Shown here: piece after piece, positions 45,671 through 57,983 of the stretch | Layout: each line of letters starts with the position of its first letter | Numbering within the stretch: position 1 is the first letter of the stretch | Source of the DNA: Acetivibrionales bacterium | Lineage (GTDB): Bacteria; Bacillota; Clostridia; Acetivibrionales; JBMNNH01 | Assembly: GCA_050953835.1 (NCBI GenBank) | Contig: JBMNNH010000007.1 | Span: forward strand, 14,607-78,606 | Length of the DNA: 64,000 bases | Direction of reading: 5' to 3' | The notes under the pieces: generated by a model | What the model saw: the letters and a program-made list of their open reading frames with translations, nothing else | Told to the model about the DNA's origin: nothing | Databases searched by the model: none | Made by a program: the position numbers and the translations under genes

Positions 45671-47032
45671 TTATTTTCCATTGTTTTCAAAGAATTCTTT
45701 ATATAAAGACCTTACTGCTCTATCACTGTCTTCGGCTTTAATGCCAAACATTATGCTTACTTCGGAAGAACCCTGGTTAATCATCTCTATATTGACCCTT
45801 GCTCTTGTAAAAGCGCCTGTCGCCCTTGCAGCAATACCTATAGTGTTTGTGCAGCCTTCACCAACTACCATAATTAATGCCTTATTACGCTCAACCTTAA
45901 TATCATCTACATCCAATTCCGTTTTTACACGGTGTACTACAGCTTCTTCCATTTCAGTATCAAAGTGCTTTTCAGAGATAACCACAGAAATATCATCTAT
46001 ACCTGAAGGCATATGCTCGTAAGGAATACCCTCATCTTCAAGTATTTCCAGCACTCTGCGTCCAAATCCAATTTCACGGTTCATTAGGTATTTCCTTATA
46101 TATAAATTGCAGAACCCTTTACCACTTGCAATACCAACAACAGGCCTTGTAATTTTTTTCAGTTCAGGTACAATTGTTGTTCCCGGTGCGTCAGGATTAT
46201 TAGTATTTTTTATACGCACAGGTATGCCTTTCCTATAGACAGAAACCAGCGCTTCTTCATGAAATATGTTGAATCCTGCATATGATAGTTCTCGCATTTC
46301 CCGGTAGGTGAGTTTGTATATAGGTTGTGGTTTAGGAACTATTTCCGGGTTAACGGAATACACATTGTCAACATCAGTGAAATTCTCATAAAGATCCGCA
46401 TCTACTGCAGCAGCAAGAATTGAACCTGTAACATCAGAGCCTCCCCTGGAGAAAGTGACTATTTCTCCGTTGCTGGAGTATCCAAAGAAACCGGGGAAAA
46501 TTTTTATTCCCGGAATATCCTTAAGAGATTTAAGGTTTTTATAAGATTCAGGAAGGACACGGGCATTACCATATTCATTGCTCAAAAGGAGACCTGCATC
46601 CTTTGGATTTATATATTTTGATTGTTTGCCAAGGTTTGTCAGGTAACAGTTTATCAACCTCGCACAATTGTCTTCACCGGCTGCTTTTATTGAATCCATG
46701 AACTCATCCGTATTGCTCTTATCAATTTTAAGTCGTTCCTTTAAATCGGTTTCAATATCCTTTACGATTTTATCGGATAAACCTAATCCGCAAGCAATCT
46801 CTGCATACCTTGAAACTACAACTTCAAGCTGCTTGTCTGCATATCCATTCCGGAGAAAACTCTCTGCCAGGTCTATAAGCATATCCGTTACCTTTATATC
46901 ATCTTTACTTCGTTTTCCCGGTGCCGATACTACTATGATCTGGCGTTCGGGATCTGACAGAATTATATTACATACTTTTTTTATCTGTTCCGCATTAGCG
47001 AGGGATGTTCCTCCAAATTTTGCAACTTTCAT
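45671..47032 (-). CDS. Aspartate kinase (monofunctional, ~450-aa class, two C-terminal ACT domains)
   Basis: MKVAKFGGTSLANAEQIKKV and VVSAPGKRS motifs. ATG 47032 lies 8 nt after GGAGG. Confidence 0.85.
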   Translation of the reverse strand: MKVAKFGGTSLANAEQIKKVCNIILSDPERQIIVVSAPGKRSKDDIKVTDMLIDLAESFLRNGYADKQLEVVVSRYAEIACGLGLSDKIVKDIETDLKERLKIDKSNTDEFMDSIKAAGEDNCARLINCYLTNLGKQSKYINPKDAGLLLSNEYGNARVLPESYKNLKSLKDIPGIKIFPGFFGYSSNGEIVTFSRGGSDVTGSILAAAVDADLYENFTDVDNVYSVNPEIVPKPQPIYKLTYREMRELSYAGFNIFHEEALVSVYRKGIPVRIKNTNNPDAPGTTIVPELKKITRPVVGIASGKGFCNLYIRKYLMNREIGFGRRVLEILEDEGIPYEHMPSGIDDISVVISEKHFDTEMEEAVVHRVKTELDVDDIKVERNKALIMVVGEGCTNTIGIAARATGAFTRARVNIEMINQGSSEVSIMFGIKAEDSDRAVRSLYKEFFENNGK

Positions 47033-47282
47033 TTTTTCAGCCTCCATACCTAGGTAATATGAAAATATAATAACTTAATATATTATGCAATAAAAAACAA
47101 TTATTTTCACATTTTATATCTAGTACTGGTAATGTGTCAAGACAGAAAAAGTCTGAATTCAATACATGAAATGCAGGATTTAATAATTTAACTTTCGTAT
47201 GCTAGTGTACCAAGGACATATATTTTCTATATGGCCCATATTATGGAATGGACATTGTGGAGAGTATAAGAGTCTGAGTAAC

Positions 47283-47321
47283 CAAACATATGTTTGTATA
47301 TATTAATTAATATGGTATAAT
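47283..47321 (+). promoter_or_regulatory. uvrB promoter with overlapping LexA-like palindrome
   Basis: CAAACATATGTTTG (47283-47296) overlaps -35 TTGTAT (47294-47299). A 16-nt spacer precedes TATAAT (47316-47321). Confidence 0.55.
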
Positions 47322-47357
47322 AAAACTTATGATACTATGTGCAATTGGAGGTTGCAA

Positions 47358-49364
47358 ATGTCCGGGTTTAAATTGATTTCTGAATACAAGCCATGTGGAG
47401 ATCAACCACAGGCTGTTGATAAACTTGTATATGGACTTAACATGGGACATAAACACCAGACACTATTGGGAGTTACAGGTTCAGGCAAGACTTTTACTAT
47501 TGCCAATGTTATTGAAAAGGTTCAAAAACCAACACTTGTAATTGCCCATAATAAGACTTTGGCTGCCCAGCTTTGCAGCGAGTTTAAGGAATTCTTCCCT
47601 GAAAACTCGGTAGAGTATTTTGTTAGCTATTATGATTATTATCAACCTGAAGCATATATACCTTCTACAGATACGTACATTGAGAAGGACTCATCGATGA
47701 ATGAAGAAATTGATAAGTTGAGGCACTCTGCAACTGCTGCCCTTTTTGAAAGAAGGGATGTGATAATTGTAGCCAGTGTGTCATGCATTTATGGTTTGGG
47801 TGATCCTGAAGACTATACGGAACTTATGCTTTCACTGAGACCGGGAATGGTCAGGGAGCGGGACGATGTAATCAGGAAGCTGGTTGATATCCAGTATCAT
47901 AGAAATGAGATTGATTTTAAAAGAGGGAGATTCAGGGTTCGGGGAGATGTGCTGGAAATATTCCCTTCCAATACTTCCGAACATGTGCTGCGTGTAGAAT
48001 TCTTCGGAGATGAGATAGAACGGATTACAGAGGTTGACTCTTTGACAGGTGAAATTATTGGGGAGAGGTCGCATATTGCAGTTTTTCCAGCTTCGCATTA
48101 TGCTACTACAGAAGCAAAGATGAAGAGGGCAGTTCTGACAATTGAACAGGAGTTGGAAGAGAGGCTTTATGAATTGAAGAGCCAGGGTAAACTGCTTGAA
48201 GCACAGCGCCTTGAGCAGAGGACAAGGTATGACCTTGAAATGATGGAGGAAGTAGGGTTTTGCCAGGGAATTGAAAACTATTCCCGTCATATCAGTGGAA
48301 GGGAACCTGGAAGTGCACCCTTCACATTGATTGACTATTTTCCTGATGACTATTTGCTGGTGATAGACGAATCTCATGTTACCGTACCTCAGATAGGGGC
48401 AATGTACAACGGAGACAGATCAAGGAAGGAGTCTCTGATTGAGTATGGTTTCAGGCTGCCGTCAGCGTTTGACAACAGGCCTCTAAAGTTTGAAGAATTT
48501 GAAGAACGGATGAACCAGGTTATATATGTAAGTGCAACACCAGGTAAATACGAGCGTGAGCATTCCATACAGGTGGTGGAGCAAATAATAAGGCCTACCG
48601 GGCTTATTGATCCTGAAGTGATTGTAAGGCCGGTAAAAGGCCAGATAGACGATTTAATAGGAGAGATTAGCGAAAGAATTGAAAAGAAGCAAAGAGTACT
48701 TGTGACTACGCTGACAAAAAAAATGGCTGAAGATTTAACCGATTATCTTAAAGAACTTGACTTCAAAGTGAAGTACCTCCATTCAGATATAGATACTCTT
48801 GAGAGAATGGAAATCATTCGTGACCTGAGGTTGGGAGTATTTGATGTATTGGTTGGCATCAATCTGCTGAGAGAGGGTTTGGACCTGCCGGAAGTGAGCC
48901 TTGTTGCGATACTTGATGCAGACAAGGAAGGCTTCCTTCGTTCGGAAACATCACTGATACAGACAATTGGACGGGCGGCCAGAAATGTGGAAGGTAAAGT
49001 AATAATGTATGCGGATACTGTGACTGATTCCATGAAAAAGGCTATAAGTGAGACAAACAGAAGAAGAGGAATGCAGATGGAATACAATGAAAAGCATGGG
49101 ATTATTCCCGAAACAGTACGAAAATCTATACGTGATGTAATTGAAGCTACAAAGGTTGCAGAGGAAAAGGAATCATATTTGGAAAACATTATTGAGGAAT
49201 CACTTAAAAAGGAAGATATATCTGACTTTATAGCCAGCCTGGAAAAGGAGATGAAACAGGCGGCATATGATCTGCAGTTTGAGAGAGCGGCTGTACTGAG
49301 GGACAGGATAAATGAACTAAAGAAAAAGTTGGAGGCTATAGAGGCTGTTAATGAGTTTGATTGA
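47358..49364 (+). CDS. uvrB: Excinuclease ABC subunit B
   Basis: [10 protein letters not shown] Walker A, DESHVT, and a C-terminal UVR domain ([17 protein letters not shown]). ATG 47358 lies 6 nt after GGAGG. Confidence 0.95.
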   Translation: MSGFKLISEYKPCGDQPQAVDKLVYGLNMGHKHQTLLGVTGSGKTFTIANVIEKVQKPTLVIAHNKTLAAQLCSEFKEFFPENSVEYFVSYYDYYQPEAYIPSTDTYIEKDSSMNEEIDKLRHSATAALFERRDVIIVASVSCIYGLGDPEDYTELMLSLRPGMVRERDDVIRKLVDIQYHRNEIDFKRGRFRVRGDVLEIFPSNTSEHVLRVEFFGDEIERITEVDSLTGEIIGERSHIAVFPASHYATTEAKMKRAVLTIEQELEERLYELKSQGKLLEAQRLEQRTRYDLEMMEEVGFCQGIENYSRHISGREPGSAPFTLIDYFPDDYLLVIDESHVTVPQIGAMYNGDRSRKESLIEYGFRLPSAFDNRPLKFEEFEERMNQVIYVSATPGKYEREHSIQVVEQIIRPTGLIDPEVIVRPVKGQIDDLIGEISERIEKKQRVLVTTLTKKMAEDLTDYLKELDFKVKYLHSDIDTLERMEIIRDLRLGVFDVLVGINLLREGLDLPEVSLVAILDADKEGFLRSETSLIQTIGRAARNVEGKVIMYADTVTDSMKKAISETNRRRGMQMEYNEKHGIIPETVRKSIRDVIEATKVAEEKESYLENIIEESLKKEDISDFIASLEKEMKQAAYDLQFERAAVLRDRINELKKKLEAIEAVNEFD

Positions 49365-49568
49365 CACAAGGGTTGAATTTACAGCCTCTTAGGCTCGGAA
49401 CACCAGTACGTGGAATAATATAGGCCATACATAGGAAATACGACCTTGTATAAAATGACAGTTTATTTTTTGTGGAATATGTATTATAATTTTTTCAATA
49501 TTTTTATATTGTATTATTTATTACTGTAACAGGAATAATTTTTAGCATATAATGGGGGATCAAAAAAG

Positions 49569-51500
49569 ATGAATCATAATAAAGCATTCAACAAAACCGG
49601 GCTTTTATATGTAATACCTGTGGAAAGCCATAATGCGGAGGATTTGACATTCATTTTACATAAACATCCAGAAGTAAAATTCGTTTCTCTTGCAGGCATT
49701 GACTTGAGGGGTAATGATACTGATGAAAAAATCCCAATTGGTATTTTCCTCAAGGATGTAGATGGGTTCTTGAGAACCGGAATACAAACAGATGGTTCCA
49801 GTGTTGTACTGCCTGGTATTGCAACTTTAAACAATGGAAAAGTGGATCTTTTGGCAGATACTACTGTAAACTGGTATATAGATTACAATTATGAAAATAT
49901 TGATGCCAAAACAGGCTGTCCTGTAGGTACTTTAAGGATACCTTCACTGCTAATACATAATGGCAGGAAGGTGGATTCACGTTCAATACTTCAGAAATCT
50001 ATTGATAATTTTAAATCTGAGATTATCAGGCTGTTTAAAGAATATCCCCGTATACAGGATGAGTATGGATTTGCAGCTGATGATATACAGGATATTAACC
50101 TTACGGCAGCAACCGAGCTGGAGTTTTGGGTCAAGACCCCGGGAGAGGATGCTGAAATAGAAGAACTGACGGCATCACAAGTTTTACAGGAGCAATACTG
50201 GAAAAGAACCAAGGGAAATGTCAGAACTGCTTTGGAGAAGTCGATACTACTGCTTGCCAAATACGGGCTTGAGCCTGAAATGGGGCATAAGGAAGTAGGA
50301 GGAGTAAAGGCAAGAATTAGCGGTGATGGGAAACTAAGCCATATAATGGAACAGCTTGAGGTGGACTGGAAGTATGCACAGGCTATGCAGGCGGCTGATA
50401 ATGAGCTTGTTGCCAGGATACTTATAAAGGAAGCTTTCAGAAGATATGGCCTTGAAGTAACATTTATGGCAAAGCCCATAGAAGGTGTTGCCGGCAGCGG
50501 AGAACATACTCATGTAAATGTGGTTCTCAAGCTTAGAAACGGCAGATTAATAAACCTGTTTGCACCTTCGGATATAAACAAGGATTTCCTTAGTCCTTTG
50601 GGCTGGGGAGCACTGATGGGTATTTTAAAAAACTATGAAGTGGTAAACCCCTTTATTACTTCGAGTATTGATGCTTTAAACAGGCTAAAGCCTGGTTTTG
50701 AGGCACCGACATGCATTGTTGCTTCTGTTGGGAATGATGTTAGGACTCCATCAAGGAACAGGACAGTACTAGTAGGATTAGTAAGGGATATGGATAACCC
50801 TTTGTCAATAAGATTTGAAATAAGATCTCCAAATCCCCACACGAATACTTACCTGGCTATTGCTGCTATTTATCAGGCGATGCTTGATGGAATTAAATAT
50901 GCTGCAAAATCCAATAAATCCTCAGCTGAGTTGGAGAAGGAATTTTCTAAGAAACCGGGAGAGGCGAGTGAATATTTGGAAAAAGAAAGAGCATACAGAA
51001 GTGAGGAAGATGTGTTTGAGTATTACACAGATGAGCAGCGGAACAGAATGTTTGGAATGCCGCCTGCAACAGTATGGGAAAACTTATGCAATCTGTCGAG
51101 GTTTAAGGAGAAGACTGCGGTTTTAAGTAGCGGTGGTGTATTTGAACAAGACATTATTGAGTCATATAAAAAGGCAGTTTGTATACAGTGGACTATGGAA
51201 CTTTGCGACAGAATTCTGGCTGAAAATATTGATATTGTAAGAAGCTGCAGCAAGCTGCACAGACAGGAAGAGTCTAATGACTATGATGAACAGATGTGGA
51301 ACAGGATAAGCAGTATCAGGGCTTACCTTATGAAAGATTCCTATAATGAAAAGTCATTATTTACCAGGATAAGGGAAGCAATAAACATTAAAGACTATGA
51401 TGAAGTATCACGGCTTCAGTTGGAAATGGCGAAAAAAATCAAAGAACTTAAGGATTTGTACATCATTTATAGAAGGAATATAATAGATTTCGGGTTTTAA
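49569..51500 (+). CDS. Glutamine synthetase family protein, type III-like (GlnN-like)
   Basis: 643 aa. GS catalytic-domain-like motifs ELEFWV, GHKEVGG, GSGEHTHVN, RFEIRSPNP. The type assignment rests on length and pattern only. Confidence 0.6.
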   Translation: MNHNKAFNKTGLLYVIPVESHNAEDLTFILHKHPEVKFVSLAGIDLRGNDTDEKIPIGIFLKDVDGFLRTGIQTDGSSVVLPGIATLNNGKVDLLADTTVNWYIDYNYENIDAKTGCPVGTLRIPSLLIHNGRKVDSRSILQKSIDNFKSEIIRLFKEYPRIQDEYGFAADDIQDINLTAATELEFWVKTPGEDAEIEELTASQVLQEQYWKRTKGNVRTALEKSILLLAKYGLEPEMGHKEVGGVKARISGDGKLSHIMEQLEVDWKYAQAMQAADNELVARILIKEAFRRYGLEVTFMAKPIEGVAGSGEHTHVNVVLKLRNGRLINLFAPSDINKDFLSPLGWGALMGILKNYEVVNPFITSSIDALNRLKPGFEAPTCIVASVGNDVRTPSRNRTVLVGLVRDMDNPLSIRFEIRSPNPHTNTYLAIAAIYQAMLDGIKYAAKSNKSSAELEKEFSKKPGEASEYLEKERAYRSEEDVFEYYTDEQRNRMFGMPPATVWENLCNLSRFKEKTAVLSSGGVFEQDIIESYKKAVCIQWTMELCDRILAENIDIVRSCSKLHRQEESNDYDEQMWNRISSIRAYLMKDSYNEKSLFTRIREAINIKDYDEVSRLQLEMAKKIKELKDLYIIYRRNIIDFGF

Positions 51501-51655
51501 GTTTAGCCTTGCTGATGAAAATACCCAATATACCCTTTCTGCAAGTTCGCCAATTTTATCACCGGTATCCACCATGGGTGGACAAGGTTAAAGGGAGCGA
51601 TTTATGGGAATAAAAATTTTTAGGCATAATAAAAAATGGTTAGCAGGTGTAATAA

Positions 51656-54505
51656 ATGATAAGGGATAAAATTTTTGTAAAAGGTGCCAGAGAGCACAAC
51701 CTAAAAAACATTGATGTTGAAATACCGAGGGACAGGCTGGTTGTAATTACAGGCCTAAGCGGCTCAGGGAAGTCCTCTCTGGCTTTTGACACTATTTATG
51801 CAGAGGGACAGAGGCGTTATGTCGAATCCCTTTCAGCATATGCAAGGCAGTTTCTTGGACAGATGGAAAAACCTGATGTTGATTATATAAGCGGATTGTC
51901 TCCTGCTATTTCCATTGACCAGAAGTCAACAAGCAGGAACCCCCGTTCGACTGTTGGTACTGTTACTGAGATATACGATTATTTAAGACTGTTATACGCA
52001 AGGATTGGAATACCTCACTGTCCGGTTTGTGGAAAGCAAATATCCCAGCAGACAGTAGACCAGATGGTTGATAGTATTTTGGAACTGAATGAAGGGACAA
52101 GAATTCAGCTTCTTGCCCCGGTGGTCAGGGGGAGGAAAGGAGAATACCATAAGCTTTTTGAGGATATAAGAAAAGGTGGCTATATAAGGGTTAGAATTGA
52201 TGGAGAAGTGAAGGACATAAATGAAGAGATAAATCTTGACCGGAATAAAAAGCATACAATAGAAATAGTTGTGGACAGGCTTATTGTAAAGCCGGGAATT
52301 CAAAAAAGGCTGGCAGATTCCATAGAAACCGTTCTTAACCTGAGCGGAGGTATTTGTTTGGTAGATATTATTGGGGAAAAGGAGCTATTGTTCAGCCAGA
52401 ATTTTGCATGCCCTGACTGCGGTGTGAGCATTGAAGAGCTTACACCCAGGATGTTTTCATTCAATAATCCCTTTGGAGCCTGTCCCAAATGTAGTGGACT
52501 GGGTACTTTGCTGAGGGTAGATCCGGACTTGGTTATTCCTGACAGATCAAGGTCACTGGCTGGAGGGGCAATAAGGGTTGTGGGATGGAATTTTGAGAAC
52601 GGAGAAAGCTATTCAAGGATGTATGTTGAGGCTCTTGCTAGACATTATAAGTTCAGCCTTAATACACCAGTTGAAAAGCTTCCCGATTATATTTTGGATA
52701 TTATTTTATACGGGACAAAAGGACAGAAGATCAAGGTAGAGTATAGTAACGGAAATGGGAGCGGTACATTTACTGCTCCTTTCGAGGGTGTGATTACCAG
52801 TATGCAGAGGCGTTATTTGGAAACTCAGTCTGATAGCATGAAGCAATACTATGAGGGGTTTATGAGCAGTGATTCCTGTCCTGAGTGCCATGGCAAAAGG
52901 CTTAAGAAAGAAAGTCTTGCTGTTACTATAGGAGGTAAAAACATATATGAAATAAGCTGTATGACAATTTCAGATGTTAGCACATACTTCAGTGAATTGG
53001 ATTTATCAGAAAGGCATAGAATGATTGCCCGCCAAGTATTAAAAGAGATAAAACAGAGGCTTGGGTTTCTGATGGATGTGGGATTAGATTACCTTACACT
53101 ATCACGTCCAGCCAGCACGCTTTCGGGTGGAGAAGCACAGAGAATCAGGCTTGCTACCCAGATTGGATCAGGGCTTATGGGGGTGCTGTATATCCTCGAT
53201 GAGCCAAGCATCGGCCTGCATCAGAGGGACAACAGCAAATTATTGGGAACGCTCAAGAAAATGAGAGATTTGGGTAATACCGTTATTGTTGTTGAACATG
53301 ATGAAGATACTATGTATGCTGCGGACCATATTATTGATATGGGCCCAGGCGCTGGATCCCATGGCGGACATATTGTATGTGAAGGACCTATAGAAAAAAT
53401 TAAGAATTGTGACAAGTCTTTGACGGGATTATACCTTAGTGGTAAAAAGTCTATAGAAATACCGTCAGTGAGAAGAAAGCCCGACGGGAGATGGCTGGAA
53501 GTGGTAGGAGCTAGGGAAAACAACCTTAAAGGTATTAATGCAAGGATACCTTTGGGGGTTTTTACCTGTGTGACAGGTGTATCCGGTTCAGGCAAAAGTT
53601 CTCTTGTAAATGAAATATTATACAAAAAGCTTGCTGGTGAACTAAACCGCGCAAGGGTTAGACCGGGTGAACATGAAGCAATAAAAGGTATAGAGTTCCT
53701 GGATAAGGTGATAAACATAGACCAGTCGCCTATAGGACGGACTCCCAGATCAAATCCGGCAACATATACAGGAGTCTTTGACCTTATAAGAAAACTCTTT
53801 GCTGAGACTACAGAGGCAAAAATGAGGGCTTACAAACCTGGACGCTTCAGTTTTAATGTTAAGGGCGGACGGTGTGAAGCCTGTTCTGGAGATGGCATAA
53901 TAAAAATAGAAATGCACTTTCTTCCTGATATTTATGTACCTTGTGAAGTTTGCAAGGGCAAAAGGTATAACAGGGAAACCCTTGAAGTAAAATATAAAGG
54001 GAAGAGCATTTCCGATGTTCTTGATATGACTGTTGAAGAAGCGCTTGAGTTCTTCCGTAATATACCAGCTATACAGAAAAAGATTGAAACACTGTATGAT
54101 GTCGGCCTGTCATATATAAAATTAGGGCAGCCCTCTACAACACTTTCCGGAGGAGAGGCTCAAAGGATAAAACTTGCAACAGAGCTTTCAAAGAAAAGTA
54201 CCGGAAAGACAATGTATATACTGGATGAACCCACAACTGGCCTTCATATTGCTGATGTTCACAGGCTTACAGGCATAATACAGAGGCTTGTGGATGCAGG
54301 AAACTCGGTAATAGTTATTGAACATAACCTGGATGTAATAAAGACAGCAGATTATATTATAGACCTTGGACCGGAAGGCGGAGATGGGGGAGGGTACATT
54401 ATTGCTGAGGGTACCCCGGAGGAAGTAGCAAGAATTGAACAGTCCTATACAGGACAGTATTTAAAGAGAATACTTCAGAGAGAAATCAGACAGGGAATCA
54501 TATGA
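51656..54505 (+). CDS. uvrA: Excinuclease ABC subunit A
   Basis: Two ABC modules ([20 protein letters not shown]), zinc fingers (CPDCG..CPKC; [14 protein letters not shown]), LSGGEAQR twice. Confidence 0.95.
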   Translation: MIRDKIFVKGAREHNLKNIDVEIPRDRLVVITGLSGSGKSSLAFDTIYAEGQRRYVESLSAYARQFLGQMEKPDVDYISGLSPAISIDQKSTSRNPRSTVGTVTEIYDYLRLLYARIGIPHCPVCGKQISQQTVDQMVDSILELNEGTRIQLLAPVVRGRKGEYHKLFEDIRKGGYIRVRIDGEVKDINEEINLDRNKKHTIEIVVDRLIVKPGIQKRLADSIETVLNLSGGICLVDIIGEKELLFSQNFACPDCGVSIEELTPRMFSFNNPFGACPKCSGLGTLLRVDPDLVIPDRSRSLAGGAIRVVGWNFENGESYSRMYVEALARHYKFSLNTPVEKLPDYILDIILYGTKGQKIKVEYSNGNGSGTFTAPFEGVITSMQRRYLETQSDSMKQYYEGFMSSDSCPECHGKRLKKESLAVTIGGKNIYEISCMTISDVSTYFSELDLSERHRMIARQVLKEIKQRLGFLMDVGLDYLTLSRPASTLSGGEAQRIRLATQIGSGLMGVLYILDEPSIGLHQRDNSKLLGTLKKMRDLGNTVIVVEHDEDTMYAADHIIDMGPGAGSHGGHIVCEGPIEKIKNCDKSLTGLYLSGKKSIEIPSVRRKPDGRWLEVVGARENNLKGINARIPLGVFTCVTGVSGSGKSSLVNEILYKKLAGELNRARVRPGEHEAIKGIEFLDKVINIDQSPIGRTPRSNPATYTGVFDLIRKLFAETTEAKMRAYKPGRFSFNVKGGRCEACSGDGIIKIEMHFLPDIYVPCEVCKGKRYNRETLEVKYKGKSISDVLDMTVEEALEFFRNIPAIQKKIETLYDVGLSYIKLGQPSTTLSGGEAQRIKLATELSKKSTGKTMYILDEPTTGLHIADVHRLTGIIQRLVDAGNSVIVIEHNLDVIKTADYIIDLGPEGGDGGGYIIAEGTPEEVARIEQSYTGQYLKRILQREIRQGII

Positions 54506-54516
54506 TTCCCTGTCTG
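54487..54516 (+). terminator. 14-bp perfect inverted repeat overlapping the uvrA stop (terminator-like, no T-tract)
   Basis: CAGACAGGGAATCA-ta-TGATTCCCTGTCTG. Confidence 0.4.
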
Positions 54517-54820
54517 TTAGCTTCAGGTACTTCTAAATCGAAAAAACAGAGTATTACTTAATATGGATCTAGTGGAAAAATTAATAAATGTTTGTGAAAC
54601 TATAGAAAAGTAAAGATAATATGATTATAATACAGGTATATATATTAATGCTTACTTAAAATTAGCTGTTAATTTGGTGCAGACGTTGATAATATGACTG
54701 TTGATTAGACCTGAAAAATATAATGTGATATACTGGATTAATAAAGAACATTACGAACCTTTGCTGAAAATACTGTAACTTTTTAAGAATAGAAGTAGTA
54801 TTGGACAGGAGTTGATAGAG

Positions 54821-57121
54821 ATGATGTGTTCTATTTGCAAAGAAAACTTTGCGGTTGTTTTTATAACAAAAATTGTGGATGGAAAGCAGACACAAGAAGG
54901 ATTGTGTTTGTCTTGCGCAAAAAAGCAGGGTATAAAACCTATAAATCAGCTAATTGAACAGACCGGAATGTCTGAAGAGGATATAGATAATTTGAATAAG
55001 CAGGTGGGAAATCTGTTTGAAAATATGGATCTGGATACATTAAATAATGATATTGCAAGCCAGGGTAACCCCAGTGAAAGCGGCAATCCCTTTTTCAGTT
55101 TCATAAACAGAGCTTTCCCCATGAACAACAGTCAGAACAGGAAAGAAACAGGGGAAGATAAGGACGGCAAAAATAATACAAGAACCAAAACCCAGGAAAG
55201 AAAGAGCGTCAAGAAGAAAAAATACCTTGATATGTACGGCATCAACCTAACAAGCCGTGCTGCAGAAAACCTCATTGACCGGGTTGTTGGAAGGCATAGG
55301 GAAATAGATAGGGTTGTACAGATTTTGAACCGAAGGACAAAGAACAATCCGGTATTGATAGGCGAGCCAGGTGTAGGAAAGACTGCCATAGCTGAGGGGT
55401 TAGCTGTCAGAATAGCAAACAGGCAGGTTCCTGCAAAACTCTTCAATGCGGAGATTTATCTCCTTGACCTTACAGGAATTGTTGCAGGCACTCAATTCAG
55501 AGGTCAGTTCGAAAGCCGGATGAAGGGTATAATAGATGAGGCAAAAAGCCTTGGAAATGTTATTCTCGTAATAGATGAGCTTCATAATATTATGGGCGCA
55601 GGTGAAGCTGAGGGTGCAATGAATGCTGCAAATATTTTAAAGCCTGCTTTATCAAGGGGAGAAATACAGGTAATTGGAGCTACAACCCTTGATGAGTACA
55701 GAAAGCATATTGAGAAGGATTCCGCTCTTGAAAGGAGGTTCCAGAAAGTACTGGTTGAAGAACCTTCGGTAAAGGATACGATAGAAATACTGAAAGGAAT
55801 CAGGGACTATTATGAGAATTATCATATAGTAAAAATCCCGGACGAGGTTTTGGAAGCTGCAGCAGTGTTGTCTGAGAGGTATATTAACGACAGATTCCTC
55901 CCAGACAAGGCTATTGATTTGATAGATGAAGCAGGCTCCAGAGCAAATTTAAAGAATGTTGGATTGGTGGAGCTTGAGGCTCTTAAAACTGAGCTGAAGC
56001 AGGTGCAGGAGGAAAAGGAGAATGCAATATCTGCTGACTCCATAGAGGACTATCAGAAGGCGGCTGACCTTAAGGTAAGAGAATGCAAGTTGCTTCAGGA
56101 AATAAAGAGGATTGAGGAAAAAAGCAGGGATGTTACCATTACTGTTGAAGATATTGCTTACGTAATTGAGTCCTGGACCAAAATACCCGTACAAAGGTTG
56201 ACAGAGATTGAAGCTGAGAAGCTTCTTAACCTTGAGGATAGGCTACATCAAAGGGTAATAGGGCAGCATAATGCCGTCCTGAGTATTTCAAAAGCAATAA
56301 GAAGAAGCAGGGCTGGTTTTAAAAAGAAGAAAAAACCTGCATCTTTTGTGTTTGTTGGACCCACAGGAGTAGGGAAGACTGAACTTGTAAAAGCTCTTGC
56401 TGTAGAGCTTTTTGGAAGTGAGGAAGCGCTTATTAGGCTGGATATGTCTGAGTATATGGAAAAACACGCTGTTTCCAAGCTTATTGGTTCTCCCCCGGGG
56501 TATGTGGGATATGATGATGGAGGGCAGTTAACTGAAAAAATTAGGAGAAAGCCGTATTCGGTAATTCTGCTTGACGAAATTGAGAAAGCCCATCCTGATA
56601 TATTCAACACACTGCTGCAGGTACTTGAGGACGGAAGGTTGACAGACAGCCATGGCAGGGTGGTAAGCTTTGAACATACAATAATAATAATGACATCTAA
56701 TGCAGGAACTACTTTGAAGTCAAGCGGAATAGGCTTTAACAACGATAGCTATCAAGCTCTTGAAAGCAGAGTCAATGATGTAATGAAAGAGATTTTCAGG
56801 CCTGAATTCCTAAACAGGCTGGATGAAGTTATAGTGTTTACAGAATTGTCAAAGGATGAACTAAAGCAAATTGTTGAATTAATGCTTGGTGAAGTTGTGG
56901 ATGAAGTAAGGAATAAGGGTATGACAATAGAAGTTACTGATTCTGCAAAGGAATTCCTTATTGAAAAGGGCTATGACAGAAAATTTGGAGCAAGGCCTTT
57001 AAGAAGGACCATCCAGAAGTATATTGAGGATGAGCTTAGTGAAATGTTCCTAAGGGGTAAGTTTAAGGTAAACAGCCATATAACCGTTGACTGTGAAGAA
57101 GGAAGCATAGTATTTAAGTAA
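54821..57121 (+). CDS. clpE: Clp/Hsp100 AAA+ ATPase with N-terminal CxxC...CxxC zinc ribbon (ClpE-like)
   Basis: MMCSICKEN...CLSCAKKQG replaces the Clp_N repeats. Two AAA modules ([18 protein letters not shown]) flank a UVR-like coiled-coil linker. ATG 54821 lies 9 nt after AGGAG. Confidence 0.7.
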   Translation: MMCSICKENFAVVFITKIVDGKQTQEGLCLSCAKKQGIKPINQLIEQTGMSEEDIDNLNKQVGNLFENMDLDTLNNDIASQGNPSESGNPFFSFINRAFPMNNSQNRKETGEDKDGKNNTRTKTQERKSVKKKKYLDMYGINLTSRAAENLIDRVVGRHREIDRVVQILNRRTKNNPVLIGEPGVGKTAIAEGLAVRIANRQVPAKLFNAEIYLLDLTGIVAGTQFRGQFESRMKGIIDEAKSLGNVILVIDELHNIMGAGEAEGAMNAANILKPALSRGEIQVIGATTLDEYRKHIEKDSALERRFQKVLVEEPSVKDTIEILKGIRDYYENYHIVKIPDEVLEAAAVLSERYINDRFLPDKAIDLIDEAGSRANLKNVGLVELEALKTELKQVQEEKENAISADSIEDYQKAADLKVRECKLLQEIKRIEEKSRDVTITVEDIAYVIESWTKIPVQRLTEIEAEKLLNLEDRLHQRVIGQHNAVLSISKAIRRSRAGFKKKKKPASFVFVGPTGVGKTELVKALAVELFGSEEALIRLDMSEYMEKHAVSKLIGSPPGYVGYDDGGQLTEKIRRKPYSVILLDEIEKAHPDIFNTLLQVLEDGRLTDSHGRVVSFEHTIIIMTSNAGTTLKSSGIGFNNDSYQALESRVNDVMKEIFRPEFLNRLDEVIVFTELSKDELKQIVELMLGEVVDEVRNKGMTIEVTDSAKEFLIEKGYDRKFGARPLRRTIQKYIEDELSEMFLRGKFKVNSHITVDCEEGSIVFK

Positions 57122-57135
57122 TAATAAAATTTCCA

Positions 57136-57171
57136 AAGTACCTAAGGTTAATACTTTAGGTACTTTTTTTT
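57136..57171 (+). terminator. Intrinsic terminator after the clpE-like gene
   Basis: AAAGTACCTAA-(9 nt)-TTAGGTACTTT followed by TTTTT. Confidence 0.85.
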
Positions 57172-57361
57172 AATACTTCTCCTGTTTGATTAAAAACCTG
57201 TACTTTTTCACACCAATAGGAACCTCAAACATATCATATATTATCTAGGGTAACTCATTGTGCGGACTTGATAAAGATTGTACTGTGTAAAGCCTTGTAA
57301 CATCAGCAATCGGAATCAAACGGCACAACAAATTAAGGTAATGTTTGATAGGGGGAGGACA

Positions 57362-57892
57362 ATGATTTTTAGAAGAAGATACAGAAAACCGGATATAATA
57401 AAGTACGACAGGGACAAGGCAGTACAATATGCCCATAAATGGGCTTATGCAAGAAATCCTAAGTACTATAACTTTGATAATATAGGCGGGGATTGCACAA
57501 ACTTTGCTTCACAGGTTCTGTATGCGGGAAGCGGAATTATGAATTATACTCCAACATACGGATGGTTTTATATAAATTCATTTAACAGGACGGCATCATG
57601 GACCGGGGTTGATTTTCTATATAGATTTCTGGTGAACAACAATGGCCCTGGGCCTTTTGCGGAAGAGACCGATGTGAGAGATATTAAACCGGGAGATATA
57701 ATACAGCTTTCATTCCAACAAGGGGAAGGTTATGACCATTCTCCTGTAGTTGTTCAAACCGGTAATCCTGCCAGCCTTGATAATATACTTATAGCAGCAC
57801 ACACATATGACAGGGACTATTACCCGATAACAAATTACATTTGGGAAGGAATCAGGTTTCTGCATATTAAGGGAATAAGAAGGGATACTTGA
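57362..57892 (+). CDS. Putative amidase-domain protein (Amidase_6-like)
   Basis: YDRDKAVQYAHKWA...GGDCTNFASQVLYAG...GWFY...SWTGVDFL pattern. ATG 57362 follows GGGGGAGG. Confidence 0.6.
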   Translation: MIFRRRYRKPDIIKYDRDKAVQYAHKWAYARNPKYYNFDNIGGDCTNFASQVLYAGSGIMNYTPTYGWFYINSFNRTASWTGVDFLYRFLVNNNGPGPFAEETDVRDIKPGDIIQLSFQQGEGYDHSPVVVQTGNPASLDNILIAAHTYDRDYYPITNYIWEGIRFLHIKGIRRDT

Positions 57893-57983
57893 CTAATACA
57901 TGTCAATGATATTTCATGTCAATAATATAGCTTCCAGTACTAAGCTTTTTATACATGAACAGTCATTATGAGTTATAAAAAGC

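Noticed and set aside
47048-47330. Lysine riboswitch expected upstream of the aspartate kinase gene (minus strand).
   Set aside because: No AGAGGCGC / ACTGTCA / GGAGAGC L-box blocks are present on the minus strand of this region.
48743-49369. Long antisense ORFs inside well-supported genes. Examples: 48743-49369 in uvrB, 53221-53718 in uvrA, 14413-14853 in the glucan synthase, 62912-63331 in valS, 56248-56742 in clpE, 30300-30740 in the dehydrogenase.
   Set aside because: All are Ser/Ile/Leu-rich mirror frames of purine-rich coding strands, without RBS or family motifs. They are typical shadow ORFs.
54690-54720. CtsR operator upstream of the clpE-like gene (minus-strand GGTCTAA-TCAAC-AGTCATA).
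   Set aside because: The heptads are imperfect (6/7 and 5/7) and spaced by 5 nt rather than the 3 nt of the GGTCAAA-NAN-GGTCAAA consensus. The match is too weak to call.
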